Source: Alphaproteobacteria bacterium
GTDB taxonomy: Bacteria; Pseudomonadota; Alphaproteobacteria; Micavibrionales; UBA2020
Direction: 5' to 3'
Assembly (NCBI GenBank): GCA_016794125.1
Contig: JAEUKT010000004.1
Location: 133,460-197,459, forward strand
DNA length: 64,000 nt
Below the pieces are notes generated by a model, which ran no database searches, was not told the DNA's origin, and was given only the letters and a program-made list of their open reading frames with translations. How positions within the stretch are numbered: the first letter of the stretch is position 1; every line of letters begins with the position of its first letter. The position numbers and the translations under genes were made by a program. This document shows positions 43,621-52,370 of the stretch, in pieces.

Positions 43621-46600
43621 ATGGCTGCGCCCTCTGACCGTAGAAAGATCGAGAGCATTTTGCGCGAACCGCTGACGCGGCATCGCCTGATGCTGAACTC
43701 GAAGCTGCGCGCCGCTCAAGCAGACGAAAACCCCACGCCTTTCACCTTTGAAGACCTCAAGGCCTTCATGGGCGCGATCCGCAGCGCCGACCCCAACTAT
43801 CAAAAAGAAACGCTGAACGCGCTCGAGGCCGTCGCAACAGGCAAGGCACCGCAGGAGCCGCGCTTCGATACGCCCGAAACACAATTGATCTGGGGCGCCT
43901 CGCTTGCTTACCTCTCGGCAAACCCCGACCAGATGAAAACCTGGCTGAAGCCGCCAGCCGAAGGCGTGGCGCTTCCCCAGACGGAACTGTGGAAACAGGT
44001 TTCCACCACCGATTACGCCTACGGCGAATTGCTCAGCCACGCCCACCACATCCGCGAAGCACTGCGCGACAAGGACACGAAATACGGCTGGGGCGAACCC
44101 GGCACCGGTTTCACGTTCGACCGCTCCAAGAACCTGATCAACGTCGATTTCATGCAGTCGATGATCGTGGGCTTTGAACATGCCCGCGCCGATGTGTATC
44201 GTGAAATCGGCCACTCGCTGCTCTCGGTCACCTATCCGAAGCGGATGAAGGAAGTTTTCAAGGAAATGCAGCCGCTGATGAAAAAATCGCGGCTGGCGCA
44301 GGCGAAGAAGGGCCCCAAGCTCAAGCCTGACGAATACAAAAAACTGACGATGCTGTCGACCGAATGGCAGCTGCGCCACATGCTGTTCTCGGCCGCTGAA
44401 GAAAACGTCGCCAACCGCTTTGTGTCCAATATGGGCTCGCAGCTGCTGCAGGATTTCGGCGTGTCGCTCAACAACACCGCCGTCACGCATCGCGGCGTCG
44501 GCCTGACGCGCCTGCCCAACGACGGCATGTCCGAAGAACTGAAACGCTATATGAACCTATGCAACACGGTTCAGCTCAGCTTCTTCGCCAACAACGCGCT
44601 GTTCGACAATACCGAAGCCGGCTGGGCGAAGGTCGGCATCGACCCGAACCTTGTCCGCAAAACATCGACGCTGGCGGCGCGCCCTGCTGGCCAAAAAGAC
44701 GACACCGACGGCATCAGCCATCCCGATTTCCAGCACCTGCGCGAGTTGGCGGGCGGTCCGAAAGGCCTCGAGAATTTGCAGCCCAAGCAGCACGAACGTC
44801 TGTTCGGCTGGGCGAACCTGCGCAACCGCGTTGAACGCGCCGATGCCGACCGCAAGGAAATCATCGAAGAAATCTGGCGCGATTACGCCGAAGACCTGAT
44901 TCAGAAAATCCTGAAGATGGCCAATGACCAGATCGATGAAAATCTGGACAAGGCGCAAAAGGATCCGAAGAACCAGAAAGACAAAAAACAGGACGGCAAG
45001 GACCTCGACCAGGATCAGGACGGCGACGATCAGGATGGCGACGACGGCCAGGATGGTCAGGACGGACAAGACGGTCAGGACGGGCAAGAAGGCCAAGGCC
45101 AGGGTAAAGGCAAGGGCAAAGGTAAAGGCAAGGGCAAGCCCCAAAAAGGCAAAAAGGATCGCGGCAAGCCGCAAGGCGAGCAGGACGATGCTGATTCCGA
45201 TGACGCAGACGGCGACGACGCCGATGGTCAGGAAGGCAAAGACGGCCAGAAAAAAGACGGCAAAGATAAAGACGGCAAAAAAGGCGATAAAAAAGGCGAC
45301 AAGAAAGAAAAAGGCAAAAAAGGCGAGAAGGGCGAAGACGGCGAGGAGCAGGACGGCGACGGCGAAGATGGCGAAGGCCAGGACGCTGACGGCGAAGAGC
45401 AAGACGGCGACAAGCAGGGCAAGCAAAAAGGCAAAGGCAAAGAAGGCAAGCTCGGCCAGGACGACGAAGACACCGTTCCCGTCGAAGGCGCCGGCGACCA
45501 GCCCGCCCCCAAAGGCTCGACCGAACTGCCCAGCGACGAACTGGACCCGAACGGCGAAGGCAAGGATGCCGACGGCGAGGACGGCGACGGCCAGGACGCT
45601 GATGGCGAAGATGCCGATGGAGAAGACGCTGACGGCGAGGATGCCGACGGCGAAGACGGCATGACCGCTGATGACCTCGAAAAAGAGCTCGAGAAACGTA
45701 AACAAAAAGGCCAGGACGGCGAAGACGGACAAGATGGCCAGGACGGCCAGGATGGCGACGGCAAGGGCAAACCCGGCAAAGGCAAACCCGGCAAGGACGG
45801 CAAACCGTCCAAGCAGGCGGGCCATGGCGACGGCAAATCGCTCGAAGAACTCGCCAAGCTGGATTGGACCGACTACCAGAAACGCATCGCGGAACTGGCG
45901 GGTCCCATCACGCGCGTGCGCAAATTGTTCAAGGATGTTCAGGAACGCCAGCTGCAGCGCAAGCGCGCGGTGTCGTCGTCGCTCGAAATCCTGCCGGAAA
46001 ACGGCGAGGTGAAGGACCGCTTCAACGTCGAGGCGCACCGCAACCTGACCATCAAGCGCAAGACCGGCGATGTCGAAGAAAACGACCTGAAACGCTTCCA
46101 TAGCGACCAAGTGAAGATGGTGCCGACCGAAGTCGATATCGTCATCATGATCGACGGATCGGGCTCGATGAACGGCACGGCGCTCAACTCCGCGCTGCAG
46201 GCGGCCGCGATCATGTTCGAAGCCGCATCCGGCAAAGACATGAAGATGAACGTCTATGTCGGCATGTGGGGCGATGCAAACCCGCCCATGCTGATTACGC
46301 CGGGTGCCGACCGCGTCGAAATCGGCAAGCAGATGGCGCGCGCGCAAAAGGGCCTGAATTCCGGCACCGACCTCGCGCCCGCGATCAAGAAGGTCGCGAA
46401 AACCATCGGCGAACAGCGCGGCAAGAGCGGCACGCTGTCGGGCTTCACGCATGTCCTGATCATATCGGACGGCGACATGTTCGACCCGGCGCCGTCGGTC
46501 GAGCGCATCATGACCATGTTCGAATACTCGGACAAAGTCACGTTCGACACGGCGATTATCGGCCGTCCGGGCACGAGCATGGAAACGATGGCCAGGAAGA

Positions 46601-46788
46601 TCAAAGGCCACAAGAACTACCAGGACGTGGGGGTTACGCTTGGTAGCAATCCCAACGAAATCCCGATGGCTATCGTCGGGCTACTACTTGAAAAAGTGAA
46701 GAAGGTCGGCAGCTTTGTCGCCATTCCGAACAGTCAAAAACGCCGGGCCATGAATAGGGCTCATAACAAAATGGATAGGAAGCCATGA
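43621..46788 (+). CDS. Large uncharacterised protein: ~430-aa N-domain, ~300-aa polyampholyte spacer, C-terminal vWA domain with a complete MIDAS
   Basis: vWA signature VDIVIMIDGSGSMNG (DxSxS) ... NSGTDLAPA ... VLIISDGDMFD. The low-complexity D/G/Q/E and K/G blocks are plain by eye. Normal coding composition, unlike its antisense ORFs. Confidence 0.85.
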   Translation: MAAPSDRRKIESILREPLTRHRLMLNSKLRAAQADENPTPFTFEDLKAFMGAIRSADPNYQKETLNALEAVATGKAPQEPRFDTPETQLIWGASLAYLSANPDQMKTWLKPPAEGVALPQTELWKQVSTTDYAYGELLSHAHHIREALRDKDTKYGWGEPGTGFTFDRSKNLINVDFMQSMIVGFEHARADVYREIGHSLLSVTYPKRMKEVFKEMQPLMKKSRLAQAKKGPKLKPDEYKKLTMLSTEWQLRHMLFSAAEENVANRFVSNMGSQLLQDFGVSLNNTAVTHRGVGLTRLPNDGMSEELKRYMNLCNTVQLSFFANNALFDNTEAGWAKVGIDPNLVRKTSTLAARPAGQKDDTDGISHPDFQHLRELAGGPKGLENLQPKQHERLFGWANLRNRVERADADRKEIIEEIWRDYAEDLIQKILKMANDQIDENLDKAQKDPKNQKDKKQDGKDLDQDQDGDDQDGDDGQDGQDGQDGQDGQEGQGQGKGKGKGKGKGKPQKGKKDRGKPQGEQDDADSDDADGDDADGQEGKDGQKKDGKDKDGKKGDKKGDKKEKGKKGEKGEDGEEQDGDGEDGEGQDADGEEQDGDKQGKQKGKGKEGKLGQDDEDTVPVEGAGDQPAPKGSTELPSDELDPNGEGKDADGEDGDGQDADGEDADGEDADGEDADGEDGMTADDLEKELEKRKQKGQDGEDGQDGQDGQDGDGKGKPGKGKPGKDGKPSKQAGHGDGKSLEELAKLDWTDYQKRIAELAGPITRVRKLFKDVQERQLQRKRAVSSSLEILPENGEVKDRFNVEAHRNLTIKRKTGDVEENDLKRFHSDQVKMVPTEVDIVIMIDGSGSMNGTALNSALQAAAIMFEAASGKDMKMNVYVGMWGDANPPMLITPGADRVEIGKQMARAQKGLNSGTDLAPAIKKVAKTIGEQRGKSGTLSGFTHVLIISDGDMFDPAPSVERIMTMFEYSDKVTFDTAIIGRPGTSMETMARKIKGHKNYQDVGVTLGSNPNEIPMAIVGLLLEKVKKVGSFVAIPNSQKRRAMNRAHNKMDRKP
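44955..45840 (+). repeat. Coding short-tandem-repeat tract (DGQ, KG, GEDAD, GKGKP units)
   Basis: Repeat blocks: 45044-45090 (GAYGGNCAR)n; 45103-45138 (GGYAAR)n; 45568-45660, 15-nt period; 45709-45810. Confidence 0.85.
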
Positions 46789-49421
46789 AAAACAACAAGA
46801 CCTCGCCGCTGAAGACGCCGCTGAAAGACCTCTCGCCTGAGGATCTGAAGTCTCTCGAGAAGCCCCTTGGCACCTCCGACCGCCCCTACCCGATGTGGGG
46901 TTCGCAGCGCGTCGAGCATAACGGCCGTGCCGATCTCGAGCAGGTTTTGTCCGTCATCGCCGACGACACCTATCCGATGAAAGTTTTCTCGGACCGTCCC
47001 TATAAAGAAGTCATCGCCATGGCGTATGCGGACATGCCCGTCCCGTCCATGCTGCCGCTGTTCTTCGACGGTCTGGAACGCCGCAAGCCGGCCTCCACCA
47101 ACCGCACGCAGATGATGATCGGCGATCCCGGTGCCGGTAAATCCTTCCTGGGCGCGCTGCAAGGCCGCCTGCGTTCGCGCGACCCGATCGAAGTCCTCGA
47201 TTGCGGCGGCAAGAACATGCGCGAATTGCTGTTCGAAATGGTTCTCGATTTCGGCGCGGGCGACGCACTGCCGAAAGCGATCGACAAACGCCTGCAGGCA
47301 GGCGCGCTCGAGCCTATGTCTGTTGCGCTGCTGAAAGGCCTGCCCTCCGAAGTCGTCAGCCTGAACGCTGACGGCCAGGTCGCATCGATCGACTGGAACG
47401 GCCTGAAAACGGTCGGCACCGACAAAGTTGAATCCGCGTTCGAAGTCCTGAAAAAAGTCTCGAAAATCGAAGGCCTCGACAACGCCGGCGGCAACGCGCT
47501 CGGCATGAACTCGCAATACGGCCCGCTGATCCGCAAATTCATGGCCGGCGAAGAAATCGTCCTCGACGAGTACAACAAATCGCGCGAAGGCACCGACGAC
47601 AACCTGCAAACCGTCTGGCAGTTCTGCATCGGCGAATTGAAGGAATGCACGGTCGAAAACCCGCTGAAGAACAAAGACGCTTCGGCAGGCCCCTCCGAAT
47701 TCACCTTCCGCCGCGAAGACATGAAGCCCGGCTTCTTCGTCACCCTCACCGGTAACAAAAAAGAAGACGGCGTCACCACGCGCTCGCTCAACAAATCGGT
47801 CTATTCGCGCCTGTCGCCCCAGACGCTGCCCGATCCCGACATTATCGACTGGCAGCACCGTATCTGCCAGATGATGGTCGGCCTGCCCGTTTCCACGCTC
47901 TATACCGCGTTCAAGGAACAGGCAGATAAAGATCCCGATGCGTTCGGCGAATGGCTGATGTGGCTCCGCAAGACGAAAGCGGAAACCGAAGGCGGCCAGA
48001 TCCCCGAGCTGCAGGAAACGCTGCTGAAAAACTGGAAAAACGTCGTCAACTCGTCGGAAAAACTCGCGAAGTTCTACGACAAGTGGCAGCAAATGACGGA
48101 TTCCGAGAAGATCACCTCGAACGGCCATGCCGACCTCGTGGAAGAAGTTGACGATGAATACTCGAAGAAAGAGGGCATCGACTTCCGCAAGATCAAGCAG
48201 CACCTGGAAGAGGCGATTCCAATCCGCCCCCGCATGCAGAAAGAAGACGCACCCCGCCCCATGAGCATGGGCAACTGGGACAAGGCGCCGAAGCTGTCCG
48301 AACCGGTCGAGGAAAACCCCTCGCTCAATTTCGGCACGCGCCTGACCGAGTTCCTGGAGCGCATGGTGTACGAGAAATCGGGCGCCGTCGGCAAAAACAA
48401 GCTCTACATGAAGCTGCAAAAAGGCATGCAGGAATTCGCGCTGCGCGACATCACCCTGCAGGAAGCCGCGCGCTCCAAGCAGCGTTCGGTGGAAGAAGAC
48501 CTGAACATCTCCGCGTTCAATGACCGCGACCTGTCCAAACAGGCGATCATGGCGCGCAAAGTGTTCTGCGACTTCTTGCGCCAGACCAACCCGGAAATCA
48601 CGGCGACCAACGATGAAATCGTCACGCCGAAGAAATTCCTGGATGCGCTGACCTATGTCTCGCAAAAAGACAACGCGCCGACCAACGAACTGTTCGTCGC
48701 CAACCGCGATCCGGAGACCGTGTTTGCCGGCCACCCGCTCGCAGGCGCGATCATCAAGGACACGGCCGTCTATGCGCTGCAGAACAAGGACCTCGACTTC
48801 ACGCTGAAGGACCTCGTGCATCACGACGATTTCATGGCATCGCTCGCCATGCCGACCGTCGGCGCGAAAAACCTCTCGGCTGTCTGGGAACAGAACATCC
48901 GCCCGCTGACCAAGGGCGCCGCGAATGACAGCGCCGCACCTGCTGCGGCTCCGGCATCCTCGGGTTCCATCCTCGACCATGACGAGGCGCTGTTCATCGC
49001 CGAAGGCAAGTCGGACAAGAAGATCGCGACGACGTCCGTCCAGGTTCTTTACTCCGACGAACAGGGCGAGCGCCCCGTGACGATCCATATCGTCCGCAAC
49101 GAAGCGCGCAACAAGACGCTGGTGGTGTCCGAAAAGGCGCCGTCCAAGCTGCTGTCCGCGTTCAAGGAAGCGGGCGTGATCCATGTGGACCGCCATGACG
49201 CAAACGCCGAGGCGAAAGTCGATGCGGCGATCACGGAACTGACCCGCGGCATGCAGCCGTCGATCAAGGACCGACTGGTCGACGCGTTCAAGTATCGCAA
49301 CGACGTGGATGTCGAGCACCTGAAAGGCAAGACGCCCACGCTGCCGCAACTCCTGACCGACGATAAGGTGGACATGATGTACGCCAAATTCGTGGTCAAG
49401 AAAAACGCGGTCGGCCTGTAA
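46785..49421 (+). CDS. Large AAA+ ATPase (MoxR/AAA_5-like core) with a ~550-aa uncharacterised C-terminal extension
   Basis: ATGA overlap with the upstream gene. Walker A MIGDPGAGKSFL, Walker B EEIVLDEYNKS, sensor-1-like FFVTLTGN, Arg-rich TTRSLNKSVYSRL. Confidence 0.85.
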   Translation: MKNNKTSPLKTPLKDLSPEDLKSLEKPLGTSDRPYPMWGSQRVEHNGRADLEQVLSVIADDTYPMKVFSDRPYKEVIAMAYADMPVPSMLPLFFDGLERRKPASTNRTQMMIGDPGAGKSFLGALQGRLRSRDPIEVLDCGGKNMRELLFEMVLDFGAGDALPKAIDKRLQAGALEPMSVALLKGLPSEVVSLNADGQVASIDWNGLKTVGTDKVESAFEVLKKVSKIEGLDNAGGNALGMNSQYGPLIRKFMAGEEIVLDEYNKSREGTDDNLQTVWQFCIGELKECTVENPLKNKDASAGPSEFTFRREDMKPGFFVTLTGNKKEDGVTTRSLNKSVYSRLSPQTLPDPDIIDWQHRICQMMVGLPVSTLYTAFKEQADKDPDAFGEWLMWLRKTKAETEGGQIPELQETLLKNWKNVVNSSEKLAKFYDKWQQMTDSEKITSNGHADLVEEVDDEYSKKEGIDFRKIKQHLEEAIPIRPRMQKEDAPRPMSMGNWDKAPKLSEPVEENPSLNFGTRLTEFLERMVYEKSGAVGKNKLYMKLQKGMQEFALRDITLQEAARSKQRSVEEDLNISAFNDRDLSKQAIMARKVFCDFLRQTNPEITATNDEIVTPKKFLDALTYVSQKDNAPTNELFVANRDPETVFAGHPLAGAIIKDTAVYALQNKDLDFTLKDLVHHDDFMASLAMPTVGAKNLSAVWEQNIRPLTKGAANDSAAPAAAPASSGSILDHDEALFIAEGKSDKKIATTSVQVLYSDEQGERPVTIHIVRNEARNKTLVVSEKAPSKLLSAFKEAGVIHVDRHDANAEAKVDAAITELTRGMQPSIKDRLVDAFKYRNDVDVEHLKGKTPTLPQLLTDDKVDMMYAKFVVKKNAVGL

Positions 49422-49430
49422 GACCAGGTC

Positions 49431-49778
49431 ATGAGCGTTCCGGCCAACGAGAGGCATGTAATGTCGACGGGATTGATGGAAGAAGTGGCGGCCGCGGTCG
49501 CCCAGCAAAAAGCGATGGAGCGTGGACCTGTGTTCCTGCCCCATGGCAGCCGCCTCTTCCATGTCCCCTCGGGCTGGGAAGCCAATATGATAAAGCACGA
49601 CAAGGCTGTCACGTCGTGCGAGACGCTTCTGGAGCTGGAGGCGGGCCTTCAAAACCCTGACGTCAAGGTGATGTTCATTCCATTGAACGCGCTGATGACG
49701 GAACAGGACATTGAAAAGGTCTGCCACCGGAACGGAGTAACCAAAACTCTCTACAAAGAGATCAAGGGGACGATATGA
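49431..49778 (+). CDS. Small hypothetical protein (105-115 aa)
   Basis: Lies 9 nt after the AAA+ stop, and its own stop overlaps the next ATG (ATGA). The better SD (GAGAGG) precedes the second ATG at 49461. Confidence 0.6.
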   Translation: MSVPANERHVMSTGLMEEVAAAVAQQKAMERGPVFLPHGSRLFHVPSGWEANMIKHDKAVTSCETLLELEAGLQNPDVKVMFIPLNALMTEQDIEKVCHRNGVTKTLYKEIKGTI

Positions 49779-51274
49779 GCGGTGGACGTTATATCAAGCA
49801 GGCCATCATTGCGGCGCTGGTTGAACATCCCGAACAGGAAAAATACAAGACGCGCGCGTTTTCGGGCGAAAACCTGACCGCGATGATGGAGGCTATTGCC
49901 GAACAGGGCAACAAGCTGACCAAGGCGGATTTCCTGACACCGGATGACGAAGGCAAATACATCGTCGATACCCCCGGCTTCTGGAAGAATTTCGACAAGG
50001 TGCGCGACATCGTCGCGAAATCCGGCGAAAAATTCGTCATGGAAGACTTTACCAAATACCTCGACCGCAACGAGACGCGCAACCTGCTGGATTCCGCGCG
50101 CGAACATGGCGGCCTTGGCAAAATTTTCGCCGTTGAAACCTTCAATGGCCGCTACGACGAAATGGAGCGCCTCTGGTACAAGGTTCCCGTGCCGTCGCGC
50201 CGCGACCTGTTCAAGAACGACGGGTTGCTCGATCCGTCGCTGAAGCGCAGCATGCTGGCCGCCGAAGGCCGCGTGATGCCCGAAGACAACCTTGCCAAAG
50301 CCGGCCTGACGCCTGCCGACCTGCGTAACGCGTTTCAGGAACGCGGCAATTACGAAGAAGTCACGCGCAAGCTTTCCGCCGTCGGCGATTACCTGCGCAA
50401 AGATTATCTTCTGCTACCCGACAGCTCCGGCGACACCGTGTTTTACTACCAAGGCGCGTGGGACAAGTTCGATGATATCTCCCGCAACCTCAAGGCGCAT
50501 GGCGAAAAATTCGAAACCGCCGATTTCGTGCGTCAGGTCGGATTTGTCTCCAACATCCTCACCCGCGCATCGGAGCGCAAGGCGCTCTACCGCGTGTTCA
50601 ATGCCGAGCATTGGGAAGGCCGTCTGGCCGATATGCAGGATCTGTGGGGTCAGGTGAAAGAAGGCTGGAAAACGGCCTCCATGACCTCCAAGGACTTCGA
50701 TACGTCCTATGCCGAAGCGGAAAGCAAAACTTACGCGAAGAACGTCAACTTCGCGGCGCTCTCCGGCAAGGCTGACCTGATGAAACCGCTCGAGCCGAAT
50801 GGCCCCGCCATCCTGCCGCTCGGCCTCAAGGCGTTCTGGGATAATTTCGCAACCGCGCAGGCATCGCTGGGCAATGATAATCTCACCGTTTCCGACCTGC
50901 GCCAGACCAGCGGCTATATGGGCGCATCGGTGCTGATGGGCGCGGTGAAATTCGGCCATTTCGACAAGGTTGTCGATATCTCGCGCAAATCCGGCGAACC
51001 TCTGACGCTCGACGATTTCCTGTCGAAAGACCGCCACGGCAATTCGCTGCTGAACATTCTGGCGGAGCGCAACCAGCTCAGCCAAGTCTTCACGCCCGAT
51101 CTGTGGGCCGGCCGCGTCGATGACATGAAAACGCTCTGGACGCATGTGCGTATCAACGACCGCAGCCAAGTCGATATCGCGCAGGCCGAAGTCGCCGCAA
51201 AACAGGCGACGCTGAAACTGCAGGCAAAAGACCGCTTCAAGCTCGGCGGCAAAAAGCCCGGCTTTGGCATGTAA
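49775..51274 (+). CDS. Uncharacterised 499-aa protein built from internal repeats
   Basis: Three copies of SGE.[FL]...DF-(~10-16 aa)-[IL]L...[SE]...L..[IV]F....[FW].GR.D[DE]M..LW..V (aa 83-136, 242-294, 406-457), each preceded by a [FW]W.NF/ W.KF element. Confidence 0.8.
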   Translation: MSGGRYIKQAIIAALVEHPEQEKYKTRAFSGENLTAMMEAIAEQGNKLTKADFLTPDDEGKYIVDTPGFWKNFDKVRDIVAKSGEKFVMEDFTKYLDRNETRNLLDSAREHGGLGKIFAVETFNGRYDEMERLWYKVPVPSRRDLFKNDGLLDPSLKRSMLAAEGRVMPEDNLAKAGLTPADLRNAFQERGNYEEVTRKLSAVGDYLRKDYLLLPDSSGDTVFYYQGAWDKFDDISRNLKAHGEKFETADFVRQVGFVSNILTRASERKALYRVFNAEHWEGRLADMQDLWGQVKEGWKTASMTSKDFDTSYAEAESKTYAKNVNFAALSGKADLMKPLEPNGPAILPLGLKAFWDNFATAQASLGNDNLTVSDLRQTSGYMGASVLMGAVKFGHFDKVVDISRKSGEPLTLDDFLSKDRHGNSLLNILAERNQLSQVFTPDLWAGRVDDMKTLWTHVRINDRSQVDIAQAEVAAKQATLKLQAKDRFKLGGKKPGFGM

Positions 51275-51305
51275 CAAATTTCAGGGGATATGCCTCTTTG
51301 ATTGG

Positions 51306-51338
51306 AAAAGCCGGAACCGCAGGGTTCCGGCTTTTTTC
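51306..51338. terminator. Bidirectional terminator between the four-gene operon and cysQ
   Basis: AAGCCGGAACC-GCAG-GGTTCCGGCTT followed by TTTTT. Confidence 0.8.
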
Positions 51339-51339
51339 T

Positions 51340-52191
51340 TTATTTGGGCGTTTGGGGCTTCGCGCCGTTGTCATTCTGCATCTTCGCCACCTGCCTTGGG
51401 CTGATTGAAATAACGGGCGGTACCTGAAAATCGGGCGCGTCGTAGCGGATTTCCTGTCCGTCCACACCTGTGACTTTGCCGCCGGCGGCTTCGACGATCG
51501 CATGGCCGGGGGCGACGTCCCACCATTTGGTGCGGCCTTCGCGTTTTAACGGATAGATAACGGAGGCATCGGCGGAATTTTCCGCGACCTGCATCGCGCG
51601 TAAAACGCCAGGAGTGCTGTCGATGCGCGCGGCATCGCCGAACTGCTGCGACAGGTAGCCTTTGACGGGCAGCATGTCTGTGCTGCTTTCATTCATCAGT
51701 ACGCGTATATCATCGGTTTTGACGTTATCTGCCTGCAATTTGTGGCGCACGCCGTTAGCATCGATCTTTTCCGCCGTGCCGGGGCCTGCTGCGATATACA
51801 TCAGGTCAAAGGCGGGATGGTAAATCGCGCCCAGCACAGGCTTGCCATCCACGACCAGCGATATGGCGACGACGAATGCGCCGGTGTGGTTCACGAATTC
51901 TTTTGTGCCGTCGATGGGATCGACCGTCCAGAACGTGCCCTTGCTGACATCGGGAATATCGCCGCGCTCGAAGGCTTCTTCGGAAACAATCGGGATACCG
52001 GGTGTCAGCGCGGCCAGCGCGGGCAGGATGATTTCTTCCGCGCATTTATCGGCATTCGTGACGGGGCTGCCGTCTTTCTTGATTTCAAGTTTGGGGTCTT
52101 TTTCGCCGTTATAATACTTCATGATCTCGGCCCCGGCGGCGCGGGCGATCATTTCGACGTCTGGCAGCAGTTTTTTGGGATCTAATGCCAT
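51340..52191 (-). CDS. cysQ: 3'(2'),5'-bisphosphate nucleotidase CysQ (inositol monophosphatase family)
   Basis: SPVTNADKCAE, IPIVSEE and WTVDPIDGTKEF motifs. Confidence 0.8.
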   Translation of the reverse strand: MALDPKKLLPDVEMIARAAGAEIMKYYNGEKDPKLEIKKDGSPVTNADKCAEEIILPALAALTPGIPIVSEEAFERGDIPDVSKGTFWTVDPIDGTKEFVNHTGAFVVAISLVVDGKPVLGAIYHPAFDLMYIAAGPGTAEKIDANGVRHKLQADNVKTDDIRVLMNESSTDMLPVKGYLSQQFGDAARIDSTPGVLRAMQVAENSADASVIYPLKREGRTKWWDVAPGHAIVEAAGGKVTGVDGQEIRYDAPDFQVPPVISISPRQVAKMQNDNGAKPQTPK

Positions 52192-52370
52192 GAGGCGTAT
52201 TATATTTCCATATACTTAAAGAATGGTCAATTTCCAATAATTTTCAAAACAGCCACCAGTTTCAATTATTTAGCCAGCCATATTGACCTCTGGCATGAGG
52301 ACTCATATTCTATGGTTATTACCAAAATAAAAAAACACCAAGATCATCGAAGCACAGGGATTTCCCGCAC

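Noticed and set aside
43462-44490. 342-aa minus-strand ORF opposite the N-domain of the vWA protein
   Set aside because: Antisense-shadow composition (R/H/G/F-rich). It would run into the AT-rich spacer without a start context.
44955-45840. Possibility that the tandem repeats are a CRISPR array or minisatellite outside genes
   Set aside because: The repeat units are 6-15 nt, in frame, without spacers of unique sequence, and embedded in one long ORF. There are no cas genes in the window.
44557-46611. 684-aa minus-strand ORF with striking FAF/LAV hydrophobic repeats
   Set aside because: It is the mirror image of the DGQ/KG coding repeats of the vWA protein. The plus frame continues into a bona fide MIDAS domain.
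43621-49421. Simple annotation of the pair as cobaltochelatase CobT/CobS (or NorD/NorQ, CbbO/CbbQ)
   Set aside because: The general logic (AAA_5-type ATPase, acidic linker, MIDAS) is the same. But the ATPase is ~2.5x the size of CobS/NorQ/CbbQ, the gene order is vWA-first, two extra unknown genes are coupled, and no cobalamin, NOR or Rubisco genes are nearby. I cannot exclude distant orthology without profile searches, so I report it as uncharacterised.
46761-49727. 988-aa minus-strand ORF, the longest in this region, opposite the AAA+ gene
   Set aside because: R/H/L/G/V-rich composition typical of an antisense shadow ORF in high-GC DNA, with no motifs. The plus-strand frame carries Walker A/B motifs, balanced composition and translational coupling to its neighbours.
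51340-52191. cysQ as a dedicated partner of the flagellar-cluster sulfotransferases
   Set aside because: CysQ is a housekeeping PAP phosphatase, lies 16 kb away and is separately transcribed, so no specific link can be claimed.
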